A DNA stretch of 61,794 bases from Macrostomum lignano (taxonomy: Eukaryota): assembly GCA_002269645.1 (NCBI GenBank), contig NIVC01000605.1, positions 1-61,794 of the forward strand, read 5' to 3'. Position 1 is the first letter of the stretch. Each line of letters opens with the position of its first letter. Below the pieces are notes generated by a model, which saw only the letters and a list, made by a program, of their open reading frames with translations, did no database searches and was not told where the DNA came from. Position numbers and translations under genes: made by a program. Positions 12,245 to 23,500 of this stretch are shown one piece after another.

Positions 12245-13720
12245 CTTGTCAGACATTCTCACCCACTCTTGTCAGACATTCTCACCCGCTCTTGTCAGAC
12301 TCGTCACCCACTCTTGCCAGACTCATCACCCACTCTTGTCAGACATTCTCACCCACTCTTGTCAGACTCGTTACCCACTCTTGTCAGACTCGTCACCCGC
12401 ACTTGTCAGACATTCTCACCCACTCTTGTCAGACTCATCACCCGCTCTTGTCAGACATTCTCACCCGCTCTTGTCAGACTCATCACCCGCTCTTGTCAGA
12501 CATTCTCACCCGCTCTTGTCAGACTCGTCACCCACTCTTGCCAGACTCATCACCCACTCTTGTCAGACATTCTCACCCACTCTTGTCAGACTCGTTACCC
12601 ACTCTTGTCAGACTCGTCACCCGCACTTGTCAGACATTCTCACCCGCTCTTGTCAGACTCATCACCCGCTCTTGTCAGACATTCTCACCCGCTCTTGTCA
12701 GACTCATCACCCGCTCTTGTCAGACATTCTCACCCGCTCTTGTCAGACTCATCACCCGCTCTTGTCAGACATTCTCACCCACTCTTGTCAGACTCATCAC
12801 CCGCTCTTGTCAGACATTCTCACCCGCTCTTGTCAGACTCATCACCCGCTCTTGTCAGACATTCTCACCCGCTCTTGTCAGACTCGTCACCCACTCTTGC
12901 CAGACTCATCACCCACTCTTGTCAGACATTCTCACCCACTCTTGTCAGACTCGTTACCCACTCTTGTCAGACTCGTCACCCGCACTTGTCAGACATTCTC
13001 ACCCGCTCTTGTCAGACTCATCACCCGCTCTTGTCAGACATTCTCACCCGCTCTTGTCAGACTCATCACCCGCTCTTGTCAGACATTCTCACCCGCTCTT
13101 GTCAGACTCATCACCCGCTCTTGTCAGACATTCTCACCCATATTTGTCAGACTCATCACCCGCTCTTGTCAGACATTCTCACCCGCTCTTGTCAGACTCA
13201 TCACCCGCTCTTGTCAGACATTCTCACCCGCTCTTGTCAGACATTCTCACCCGCTCTTGTCAGACATTCTCACCCACTCTTGTCAGACATTCTCACCCAT
13301 TCTTGTCAGACTCATCACCCGCTCTTGTCAGACATTCTCACCCGCTCTTGTCAGACTCGTCACCCACTCTTATCAGACATTCTCACCCGCTCTTGTCAGA
13401 CTCGTCACCCACTCTTATCAGACATTCTCACCCGCTCTTGTCAGACTCATCACCCGCTCTTGTCAGACTCATCACCCGCTCTTGTCAGACTCATCACCCG
13501 CTCTTGTCAGACTCATCACCCACTCTTGTCAGACTCATCACCCGCTCTTGTCAGACATTCTCACCCGCTCTTGTCAGACATTCTCACCCGCTCTTGTCAG
13601 ACATTCTCACCCGCTCTTGTCAGACTCATCACCCACTCTTGTCAGACTCATCACCCACTCTTGTCAGACTCATCACCCACTCTTGTCAGACTCATCACCC
13701 GCTCTTGTCAGACATTCTCA
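12245..13720. repeat. 22/23-bp alternating minisatellite (cttgtcagacattctcacccgct / cttgtcagactcatcacccgct)
   Basis: About 65 monomers; source of the 485-625 aa ORFs. Confidence 0.95.
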
Positions 13721-13796
13721 ATCTAACTTTGTGTGATTTAAATCTGAATTTTCCTCTCAGAAAGCTCTCTCCAGCCTGTCAGCTGTCAGTCTCTTG

Positions 13797-14366
13797 TCAG
13801 TCGCTGCTGATTCCAAAGCTGCTGACGGTGGCTCCGGTGGCTGAGGTGACCGAAGTCGATCGCACGCTGAAGCCGACGCCGCTAAAGAAGGTGGCAGCGG
13901 AAGTTGACCGCACCTGCGCCCTGTCGCTCTCGAAGATGACCGCCTGCTGGCCGGAGTCCTCTTCGCTGGCCGCCAGCAGCTCCTTGAGCGCCTCGCGATC
14001 GTTGGCCTCCTCCAGGCAGCGCTGGACGAAGCGGTCCACCGGTAGGGCGCGGATTCTGGCAACGATCTGCACGCGGCACACGGGGCAGTTGCGCCTGTTG
14101 TAGTCCACGCACCAGGTGCGGATGCACTTCTGGCAGAACATGTGGCCGCAGTTGGCCAGGGTGGCCAGGCTGACCAGGTTCTGGCACACCGGACAGCAGA
14201 ACTCGGAGCCCATCATGCGGACAACTTCCTGCATTTGTTGGCGCTTCAGCAGCACGAAGAACAGCTTCTCCATCTCTTCTCTGGCGTCTGCGCCAGCTCC
14301 GCCGCTGCCACCGCCGCAGGTTTTGTTGTCTTCCCCGTCTCCGTCACGCAATTTGTCTGACGACAT
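13797..14366 (-). CDS. Intronless RING-HC (C3HC4) E3 ubiquitin ligase, RNF8-like RING
   Basis: caaaATG start. CPVC-x11-CGHMFCQKC-x12-CPVC is a complete C3HC4 RING, followed by a helical LPVDRFVQRCLEE segment as in RNF8-type RINGs. GC-rich codon usage. Confidence 0.85.
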   Translation of the reverse strand: MSSDKLRDGDGEDNKTCGGGSGGAGADAREEMEKLFFVLLKRQQMQEVVRMMGSEFCCPVCQNLVSLATLANCGHMFCQKCIRTWCVDYNRRNCPVCRVQIVARIRALPVDRFVQRCLEEANDREALKELLAASEEDSGQQAVIFESDRAQVRSTSAATFFSGVGFSVRSTSVTSATGATVSSFGISSD

Positions 14367-14691
14367 TTTGTTCGATAAAAATATTCTTTACTTGCTACTT
14401 AGCTTGTTGTTTGAGTAGTCTGTAACGGATTTCGGTTTTTTTGTATGCGAATTTAGGAAAATGAATTAAAAAAAAGTTCTTTATTGATGGTTTGATGGTT
14501 TGTTGTTGCTTACATATTTTCAGGTACAAAGGTGGAAATTATAGCAGGGGTACAAAGCAATATTTGCATCTCGGCCGTTCACCTATGTTCATCTGTGATG
14601 TACACCTGTTTGTATTTATGAGCTCTCGTAAAATGTCTGTTGTATCTTTGGCAACTTAAAAATTGCAATAATTTCATTAAGGGTAACTCTG

Positions 14692-14992
14692 CTAACCCCC
14701 CTCAGGCCCCTCAGTGAGCCGCCCTTACCCTCCTCAGGCCCTCAGTGAGCCGCCCCTACCCTCCTCAGGCCCTCAGTGAGCCGCCCCTACTCTCCTCAGG
14801 CCCTCAGTGAGCCGCCCCTACCCTCCTCAGGCCCCTCAGTGAGCCGCCCCTACCCTCCTTAGGCCCTCAGTGAGCCGCCCCTACCCTCCTCAGGCCCTCA
14901 GTGAGCCGCCCCTACTCTCCTCAGGCCCTCAGTGAGCCGCCCCTACCCTCCTCAGGCCCTCAGTGAGCCGCCCCTACCGTCCTCAGGCCCCT
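14692..14992. repeat. 31/32-bp minisatellite (cctcaggccctcagtgagccgcccctaccct)
   Basis: About 9 copies. Confidence 0.9.
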
Positions 14993-15621
14993 CAAGTGCA
15001 TGCATGTACACTACATTATAAAAGCAGGTATAAAGCAAGGGCCGCCTTAGCTTTGACGTAGGAAATCAGTATGAGTTGAGACCAGAGTTACAAATTATAG
15101 TCAATATTTATCATATTAAACTTACAAACTTAATTCAGGCGAATATTCGAAGTCCTTTGAAATGCACGATAGGAAAAACTGGAGTATCAGGCAGAAGGCT
15201 TGTGACGCCACGACACGCCCTGTACTGCTGCTCTGCAGGGGGGGGGCAGTTAATATTAGCAGAGATACCCCACCTCCCCTCTCCGCCTCATCTCTTGGCC
15301 TTGCGAGCAATTGCAGCATGGACTCTCTAACAACAGACCATTAAAATCGGAGTTGCTGTAGCTCGTATGCTTAGGATAGAAAATTATAATAGAAAAGATG
15401 GAATTGCTGGGAAGAGTTGTGCGCTTTTTACAGATCTAAATATAGTAACTGATGATCAGCTGACCCTGCTCAAACTGCTGGGCCCTCGGCTTGACTCAGT
15501 TCAGAGCGAGCAAATAAAACTGCGGGTCCACCGAGTCAAGGAGAGCGAGAATGAAGGAAACTGGATTTGGAAGCGCGATCGGTTTAAAAGTCTTCTTTAA
15601 AAGTTCTTTTGGAATGGATCA

Positions 15622-15872
15622 ACAAGCAGAGGCGCATATTGGCAGAGGCGCGCAGAGTCACAAGAGCGCATATTGGCAGAAGCGCGCAGAGTCACAAGAG
15701 CGCATATTGGCAGAAGCGCGCAGAGTCACAGGAGCGCATATTTGCAGAAGCGCGCAGTCACAAGAGCGCATATTGGCAGAAGCGCGCAGAGTCACAAGAG
15801 CGCATATTGCAGAAGCGCGCAGAGTCACAAGAGCGCATATTGGCAGAAGCGCGCAGAGTCACAAGAGCGCAT
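15622..15872. repeat. 34-bp minisatellite (cagaagcgcgcagagtcacaagagcgcatattgg)
   Basis: About 7 copies. Confidence 0.9.
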
Positions 15873-16297
15873 AAACGAAGCGTAAAAGCAAATCTTTTCC
15901 AGCCAGTGTTGTCACTCCAGACACTGCATCTAGTGCTGGGTGTGGGCTAGGCGACACTTGGTAGGCAAGATGGTCTCTCGGGTGTCCGGAGTTAAAAATA
16001 GATCTACATTTCCTCTCGCAGCTTAATGCTGGGAGTTAGCTGTTTATGAGTCATATCTTTTGAGCTGAGGCTTCAAGAGGACTACTTGTGAGTTGCCATG
16101 CAAAACAGTGCGCTCTGTCATTTAGGCTGAGTTGCAAAACTACTTAGCTCAATGGCTAACTGCATACAGCCATGAATTTGAGCTCATTCCTAGGTTGAGA
16201 ACTTTCTAAACTTGATATTATATTGCAACTACAAAATCATAATATATTTGTATTTTAGAAATTAAAATATAGGCTGTACATTCAGTAGTAGATTGAG

Positions 16298-16525
16298 GTG
16301 TACACTAGAATTCAGTAAGAGTACAAGTCTGCAGCAGACATTATCGATCGGGGTGTACACTAGACTTCAGTGAGTGTACAAGTCTGCAGCAGACATTATC
16401 GATCGGGGTGTACACTAGACTTCAGTGAGTGTACAAGTCTGCAGCAGACATTATCGATCGGGGTGTACACTAGACTTCAGTGAGTGTACAAGTCTGCAGC
16501 AGACATTATCGATCGGGGTGTACAC
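16298..16525. repeat. 55-bp tandem repeat (ggggtgtacactagacttcagtgagtgtacaagtctgcagcagacattatcgatc)
   Basis: About 4 copies, with no spacers. Confidence 0.9.
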
Positions 16526-16964
16526 AAAACGAAAAAATTCGCAGTATCTGAAAATCACACATCTCACCAAATATTCTAGCATAAATTTTTACGTAGCTGC
16601 ATTTATCGAGTTTATTTTCCGGGAAATCATATAGCTCGTAATTTAAACGCCATGAGCGCATGTTAACAAAATGCGATCACTGTACAGAAGTCGGTTTAGT
16701 GAGATGAAATAAGTAATATTACGAGGCGAGTCAAAACCACCGATAGAACAAGAATGCAGATATACAAGTGAAGTAAGTGTTTTTTGAATTTCTCAAGTTA
16801 CATAATAGACTATATAATATTACTTTCAGTAGAGATTAGCGGCAATGATAACATTTACGCTACGATTTATTAGAGCGCATTTAATTAATCTGACATCTGC
16901 CACTTGAGAAGGTGAAAATACAAATGAATTTTTGCGCTTTAAGTTAATCAAATTTCTAATCACT

Positions 16965-17135
16965 CTCACTTTCTCCCTGTTCAATCTCCCTGTTCACTCT
17001 CCCTGTTCACTCTCTCTCTGTTCACTCTCCCTGTTCACTCTCCCTGTTCACTCTCCCTGTTCACTCTCTCTCTCCATTCACTCTCCCTCTCCATTCACTC
17101 TCCCTCGTCACTCTCCCTGTTCACTCTCTGTTCAC
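16965..17135. repeat. ctccctgttcact short tandem repeat just after the AP-2 stop
   Basis: Visible tandem units. Confidence 0.75.
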
Positions 17136-17143
17136 TTGGTCAG

Positions 17144-17471
17144 TCACTGCTTATCACTTCCCGGCGATTGATCCGGGGCCGAGAATGAACTGCTGCTGCT
17201 GCTTACACTCCGCCTAGCAACCGTTGCCATGGTGACGCTGTTGCTACTCGTGGCTCCACCGCCAGCTGCCAGCAGCTGCTCAGCCTCGGCCAGCATCCTC
17301 AGCAGGACGCTGAGCGCGGTGGTGAGGGCCGGCGCCCCGAACCCGTGGGTGATGAGGCTGAAGTGCGCCAGCTGCCGCTGGGTCTCCAGGTCCAGCAGCG
17401 GCGCCGGCCGGGTGTTGCACAGCGGCGAGCGGTCCTTGCTGAGCAGCTCCGCCACCTCCTGGATGAGGCAC
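17144..17471 (-). CDS. TFAP2: AP-2 transcription factor, exon 7 (terminal; second helix of the helix-span-helix)
   Basis: gcag|(R)CLIQEVAELLSKDRSPLCNTRPAPLLDLETQRQLAHFSLITHGFGAPAL matches the AP-2 motif DRSPL..RP.P.L...Q..L.HF.LI.HGFG.PA. Stop TGA at 17146-17144. Confidence 0.92.
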
Positions 17472-17579
17472 CTGCGCGCGGGTAAAGATTGAATATGGAT
17501 TAAGCTGGATTTCATTTAACTGCCTCAATGTTTGGTTGAGTCTTTTCAAAGCTGCTGTCCTCCCCGCTCTCCCTGCCAC

Positions 17580-19375
17580 CTTCTCAATTTCCCTCTCCCT
17601 CTTAATCTCTGTCCCTCTCTCTCCATCCTCAGAGCGAGAGCGGTTGCTCTCCCTCTCCCTCTCTGTCTCCCTCTCCCTCTCTGTCTCCCTCTCCCTCTCT
17701 GTCTCCCTCTCCCTCTCTGTCTCCCTCTCCCTCTCTGTCTCCCTCTCCCTCTCTGTCTCCCTCTCCCTCTCTGTCTCCCTCTCCCTCTCACTCTGCCTCT
17801 CTCTCTCCCCCTCCTTCTCTGTCTCCCTCTCCCTCTCGCTCTGCCTCTCTCTCTCCCCCTCCTTCTCTGTCTCCCCTCTCTCTCTCCCTCTCTCTCCCTG
17901 TCTCCCTCTCTCTCCCTGTCTCCCTCTCTCTCTCTGTCTCCCTCTCTCTCTCTGTCTCCCTCTCCCTCTCTGTCTCCCTCTCTCTCTCTGTCTCCCTCTC
18001 TCTCCCTGTCTCCCTCTCTCTCTCTGTCTCCCTCTCTCTCTCTGTCTCCCTCTCCCTCTCTGTCTCCCTCTCTCTCTCTGTCTCCCTCTCCCTCTCTGTC
18101 TCCCTCTCCCTCTCTGTCTCCCTCTCCCTCTCACTCTGCCTCTCTCTCTCCCCTCCTTCTCTGTCTCCCTCTCCCTCTCGCTCTGCCTCTCTCTCTCCCC
18201 CTCCTTCTCTGTCTCCCCTCTCTCTCTCCCTCTCTCTCCCTGTCTCCCTCTCTCTCCCTGTCTCCCTCTCTCTCTCTGTCTCCCTCTCTCTCTCTGTCTC
18301 CCTCTCCCTCTCTGTCTCCCTCTCTCTCTCTGTCTCCCTCTCTCTCCCTGTCTCCCTCTCTCTCTCTGTCTCCCTCTCTCTCTCTGTCTCCCTCTCTCTC
18401 TCTGTCTCCCTCTCTCTCTCTGTCTCCCTCTCCCTCTCTGTCTCCCTCTCCCTCTCACTCTGCCTCTCTCTCTCCCCCTCCTTCTCTGTCTCCCTCTCCC
18501 TCTCGCTCTGCCTCTCTCTCTCCCCCTCCTTCTCTGTCTCCCCCTCTCTCTCTCCCTCTCTCTCCCTGTCTCCCTCTCTCTCCCTGTCTCCCTCTCTCTC
18601 TCTGTCTCCCTCTCTCTCTCTGTCTCCCTCTCCCTCTCTGTCTCCCTCTCTCTCTCTGTCTCCCTCTCTCTCCCTGTCTCCCTCTCTCTCTCTGTCTCCC
18701 TCTCTCTCTCTGTCTCCCTCTCCCTCTCTGTCTCCCTCTCTCTCTCTGTCTCCCTCTCCCTCTCACTCTGCCTCTCTCTCTCCCCCTCCTTCTCTGTCTC
18801 CCTCTCCCTCTCGCTCTGCCTCTCTCTCCCCTCCTTCTCTGTCTCCCTCTCTCCCTCTCTCTCCCTGTCTCCCTCTCTCTCTCTGTCTCCCTCTCTCTCT
18901 CTGTCTCCCTCTCTCTCCCTGTCTCCCTCTCTCTCTCTGTCTCCCTCTCCCTCTCTGTCTCCCTCTCTCTCTCTGTCTCCCTCTCCCTCTCTGTCTCCCT
19001 CTCCCTCTCTGTCTCCTTCTCCCTCTCCTTCTCCATCTCCCTTTCACTCTGCCTCTCTCTCTCCCTCTCCTTCTCTGTCTCCCTCTCTCTCTGTCTCCCT
19101 CTCTCTCTCTCTCTGTCTCCCTCTGCCTCTCTGTCTCCCTCTCTCTCTCTGTCTCCCTCTCCCTCTCTGTCTCCCTCTCTCTCTCTGTCTCCCTCTCCTC
19201 TCTGTCTCCCTCTCCTCTCCCTCTCTGTCTCCTTCTCCCTCTCCCTCTCCATCTCCCTCTCACTCTGCCTCTCTCTCTCCTCTCCTTCTCTGTCTCCCTC
19301 TCTCTCTCTCTCTCCCTCTCTGTCTCCCTCTCTTCTCCCTGTCTCCCTTTCCGTCTCTCTCTCTCTCTCTGTGAC
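17580..19375. repeat. CT-rich complex satellite filling AP-2 intron 6
   Basis: ctctctgtctccct-type units, with a marker (ctcactctgcc) recurring at about 300-500 bp spacing; source of the 600-aa low-complexity ORFs. Confidence 0.95.
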
Positions 19376-19419
19376 TTTTTTCCTTTTCACTCAATCTGTT
19401 AATTCTAGTGCTAACTAAC

Positions 19420-19632
19420 CTGGCCGTTTGAATCGTTTGCCTCTGTTGCTGCAGCAGCAACTGCTGCTGCTGCTGCTGCTGCTGCTGTTGTTGTTGTTGC
19501 TGTTGTTGCTGCTGCTCAAGGCCGCAGCCGCCTCAGTCCGCCAGCCCCTGGCCAGAGCGTCGGCGCAGGCCTTCGCCGGGAATTCCGTCTCGCAAAGGAA
19601 GTTGAAGTCGCGGGCGAGACGAACCGCTTCGC
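19420..19632 (-). CDS. TFAP2: AP-2, exon 6 (contains an apparent 1-bp frameshift near 19520)
   Basis: tttcag|(G)[26 protein letters not shown] in one frame; poly-Q...RQTIQTA(R)|gttagt in the next frame. The donor is phase 2 and matches exon 7 only after adding one base. Confidence 0.88.
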
Positions 19633-19894
19633 CTGAAAAATCGTTTTTTTAAATAAATTGGCACTCCTTTTAACTTAATAATTCGAGTTTCAGATGTCTC
19701 CGAGGTCGTTTTGGTTTGTTGCATTGTAAACTGTCTGATATTCAAACCTATCTCTGTGCCCCCCATTGTAAGACACTGTTAACTATACTGTCGTAAGTAG
19801 CCACTTGCTTCATTTAGTCGTTTTTACCGAAATTTGAAAAATCGAGTCTATATAACGAGATTTTCTGTCAACGATACATTTTTGTAGAGACCTT

Positions 19895-19997
19895 CCCAGA
19901 TCCTCAGTTGCTGAGCCATTCTCCAGATCCTCAGTTGCTGCACCAGCCTCCCAGATCCTCAGTTGCTGCACCAGCCTCCCAGATCCTCAGTTGCTGG
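19895..19997. repeat. 28-bp minisatellite, same family as 5680-5981
   Basis: cccagatcctcagttgctgcaccagcct, about 4 copies, next to the AP-2 exon 5 donor. Confidence 0.85.
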
Positions 19998-20018
19998 ACA
20001 ACCGCCCCAACTCCTCAC

Positions 20019-20471
20019 CCTCCACCAGCGAGGTGAACAGGGTCACCGCGGCCGCCTTCCGCCTCCCCGCCGGCAAGCTGAGCCCGATGCCGTCCAGGCT
20101 GCTCCGCAGCGACCGGCCGCCGTCTTTGCTCTTCGCCCTTCGAAGCACCCCGCCGAGTAGCGAGGCATTCAGGCACTCCGGCGCTCCCAGACGGCGCTGA
20201 ATCTCTGCGGTAGTGACCCGGTACTTGGAGGTGCTGGACAGCAGGCTGAGGCGGCCGGGAACCGAGCAAAAGAAGTCCTGACCTTCGCCACCGCCGCCGC
20301 CGCCACCGCCGCCGCTCTCGATGTCAACGTCGACCCCGCAGATGCCGGCGTCCTCATCCTCTGACTCTTCATCGCCGTTGTTGTCTGTGGACGCCTCCGA
20401 GCTGCAGTAGTCTATGGTCGGAACCGGCTGCTGCTGAGGCCGCAACTCGTCGAGTCTAGCGGGTTCTTTGC
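20019..20471 (-). CDS. TFAP2: AP-2, exon 5 (basic DNA-binding region)
   Basis: [56 protein letters not shown]...[20 protein letters not shown] is the AP-2 signature. Acceptor cgcag and donor G|gtgagg are both phase 1. Confidence 0.95.
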
Positions 20472-20507
20472 CTGCGAAGATTTTTTATGAATTCAGAAGG
20501 TCAGTTG

Positions 20508-23500
20508 TTGTCTACTTTGCGTCTCTTATCTCATGTCTACTTTGCGTCTCTTATCTCATGGACCTACTTTGTGTCTCTAATCTCATGTCTACTTTGCGTC
20601 TCTTTTCTCATGTCTACTTTGTGTCTCTAATCTCATGTCTACTTTGCGTCTTTAATCTCATGTCTACTTTGCGTCTCTTATCTCATGTCTAATTTGTGTC
20701 TCTTATCTCATGTCTACTTTGTGTCTCTTATCCCATGTCTACTTTGCGTCTCTTATCTCATGGACCTACTTTGCGTCTCTTATCTCATGTCTACTTTGCG
20801 TCTCTTATCTCATGGACCTACTTTGCGTCTCTTATCTCATGTCTACTCTGCGTCTCTTATCTCATGGACCTACTTTGCGTCTCTTATCCCATGTCTACTC
20901 TGCGTCTCTTATCTCATGGACCTACTTTGCGTCTCTTATCTCATGTCTACTTTGCGTCTCTTATCTCATGGACCTACTTTGTGTCTCTTATCTCATGTCT
21001 ACTCTGCGTCTCTTATCTCATGGACCTACTTTGCGTCTCTTATCTCATGTCTACTTTGCGTCTCTTATCTCATGGACCTACTTTGCGTCTCTTATCTCAT
21101 GTCTAATTTGTGTCTCTTATCTCATGTCTACTTTGTGTCTCTAATCTCATGTCTACTTTGCGTCTCTTTTCTCATGTCTACTTTGTGTCTTAAATCTCAT
21201 GTCTACTTTGCGTCTTTAATCTCATGTCTACTTTGCGTCTCTTATCTCATGTCTACTTTGCGTCTCTTTTCTCATGTCTACTCTGCGTCTCTTATCTCAT
21301 GGACCTACTTTGCGTCTCTTATCTCATGTCTAATTTGTGTCTCTTATCCCATGTCTACTTTGCGTCTCTTATCTCATGGACCTACTTTGCGTCTCTTATC
21401 TCATGTCTACTCTGCGTCTTTAATCTCATGTCTAATTTGCGTCTCTTATCTCATGCCTACTTTGCGTCTCTTATCTCATGTCTAATTTGCGTCTCTTATC
21501 TCATGTCTAATTTGCGTCTCTTTTCTCATGTCTAATTTGTGTCTCTTATCTCATGTCTAATTTGTGTCTCTTATCTCATGTCTACTTTGTGTCTCTTTTC
21601 TCATGTCTAATTTGCGTCTCTTATCCCATGTCTACTTTGCGTCTCTTATCTCATGGACCTACTTTGCGTCTCTTTTCTCATGTCTACTTTGCGTCTCTTA
21701 TCTCATGTCTAATTTGCGTCTCTTATCTCATGGACCTACTTTGCGTCTCTTTTCTCATGTCTACTTTGCGTCTCTTATCTCATGTCTAATTTGTGTCTCT
21801 TATCCCATGTCTACTTTGCGTCTCTTATCTCATGGACCTACTTTGCGTCTCTTTTCTCATGTCTACTTTGCGTCTCTTATCTCATGTCTAATTTGCGTCT
21901 CTTATCTCATGTCTAATTTGTGTCTCTTATCCCATGTCTACTTTGCGTCTCTTATCTCATGGACCTACTTTGCGTCTCTTATCTCATGTCTACTTTGCGT
22001 CTCTTATCTCATGTCTAATTTGCGTCTCTTATCTCATGTCTACTCTGCGTCTCTTATCTCATGTCTAATTTGTGTCTCTTATCTCATGTCTACTTTGCGT
22101 CTCTTTTCTCATGTCTAATTTGCGTCTCTTATCTCATGTCTAATTTGTGTCTCTTATCTCATGTCTACTTTGCGTCTCTTTTCTCATGTCTAATTTGCGT
22201 CTCTTATCTCATGTCTACTTTGCGTCTCTTATCTCATGTCTACTTTGCGTCTCTTATCTCATGTCTAATTTGTGTCTCTTATCTCATGTCTACTTTGCGT
22301 CTCTTTTCTCATGTCTAATTTGCGTCTCTTATCTCATGTCTACTTTGCGTCTCTTATCTCATGTCTAATTTGTGTCTCTTATCTCATGTCTAATTTGTGT
22401 CTCTTATCTCATGTCTAATTTGTGTCTCTTATCTCATGTCTAATTTGTGTCTCTTATCTCATGTCTACTTTGCGTCTCTTTTCTCATGTCTACTTTGTGT
22501 CTCTTTTCTCATGGACCTAATTTGCGTCTCTTATCTCATGTCTACTTTGTGTCTCTTTTCTCATGTCTACTTTGTGTCTTTAATCTCATGTCTACTTTGC
22601 GTCTTTAATCTCATGTCTACTTTGCGTCTTTAATCTCATGTCTACTTTGCGTCTCTAATCTCATGTCTACTTTGCGTCTCTTTTCTCATGTCTACTTTGT
22701 GTCTTTAATCTCATGTCTACTTTGCGTCTTTAATCTCATGTCTACTTTGCGTCTCTAATCTCATGTCTACTTTGCGTCTCTTATCTCATGTCTACTTTGT
22801 GTCTTTTATCCCATGTCTACTTTGCGTCTCTTATCTCATGGACCTACTTTGCGTCTCTTATCTCATGTCTACTTTGCGTCTCTTATCTCATGGACCTACT
22901 TTGCGTCTCTTATCTCATGTCTACTCTGCGTCTCTTATCTCATGGACCTACTTTGCGTCTCTTATCCCATGTCTACTCTGCGTCTCTTATCTCATGGACC
23001 TACTTTGCGTCTCTTATCTCATGTCTACTCTGCGTCTCTTATCTCATGGACCTACTTTGCGTCTCTTATCTCATGTCTACTTTGCGTCTCTTATCTCATG
23101 TCTACTTTGTGTCTCTTATCTCATGTCTACTTTGCGTCTCTAATCTCATGTCTACTTTGCGTCTCTTATCTCATGTCTACTTTGTGTCTCTTATCCCATG
23201 TCTACTTTGCGTCTCTTATCTCATGGACCTACTTTGCGTCTCTTATCTCATGTCTACTTTGCGTCTCTTATCTCATGTCTACTTTGCGTCTCTTATCTCA
23301 TGGACCTACTTTGCGTCTCTTATCTCATGTCTACTCTGCGTCTCTTATCTCATGGACCTACTTTGCGTCTCTTATCTCATGTCTACTTTGCGTCTCTTAT
23401 CTCATGGACCTACTTTGCGTCTCTTATCTCATGTCTACTTTGCGTCTCTTATCTCATGGACCTACTTTGTGTCTCTTATCCCATGTCTACTTTGCGTCTC

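Noticed and set aside
12050-12262. Minus-strand ORF with an intron-like gtaagt...ag
   Set aside because: The spliced product is short, stops quickly and resembles nothing I recognise.
10357-14103. Long ORFs of 300-625 aa
   Set aside because: They are translations of 42-bp and 22/23-bp tandem repeats, open in several frames at once.
15435-15480. CTGATGA followed by a weak stem, a second hammerhead candidate
   Set aside because: Lacks the GAAA core and stem III.
16298-16525. CRISPR-like appearance of regular repeats, here and elsewhere
   Set aside because: Units are contiguous with no unique spacers, there are no cas genes, and the context is eukaryotic.
17280-19418. Long Leu/Ser/Pro and Arg/Glu/Gly ORFs on both strands
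   Set aside because: CT-rich satellite inside AP-2 intron 6.
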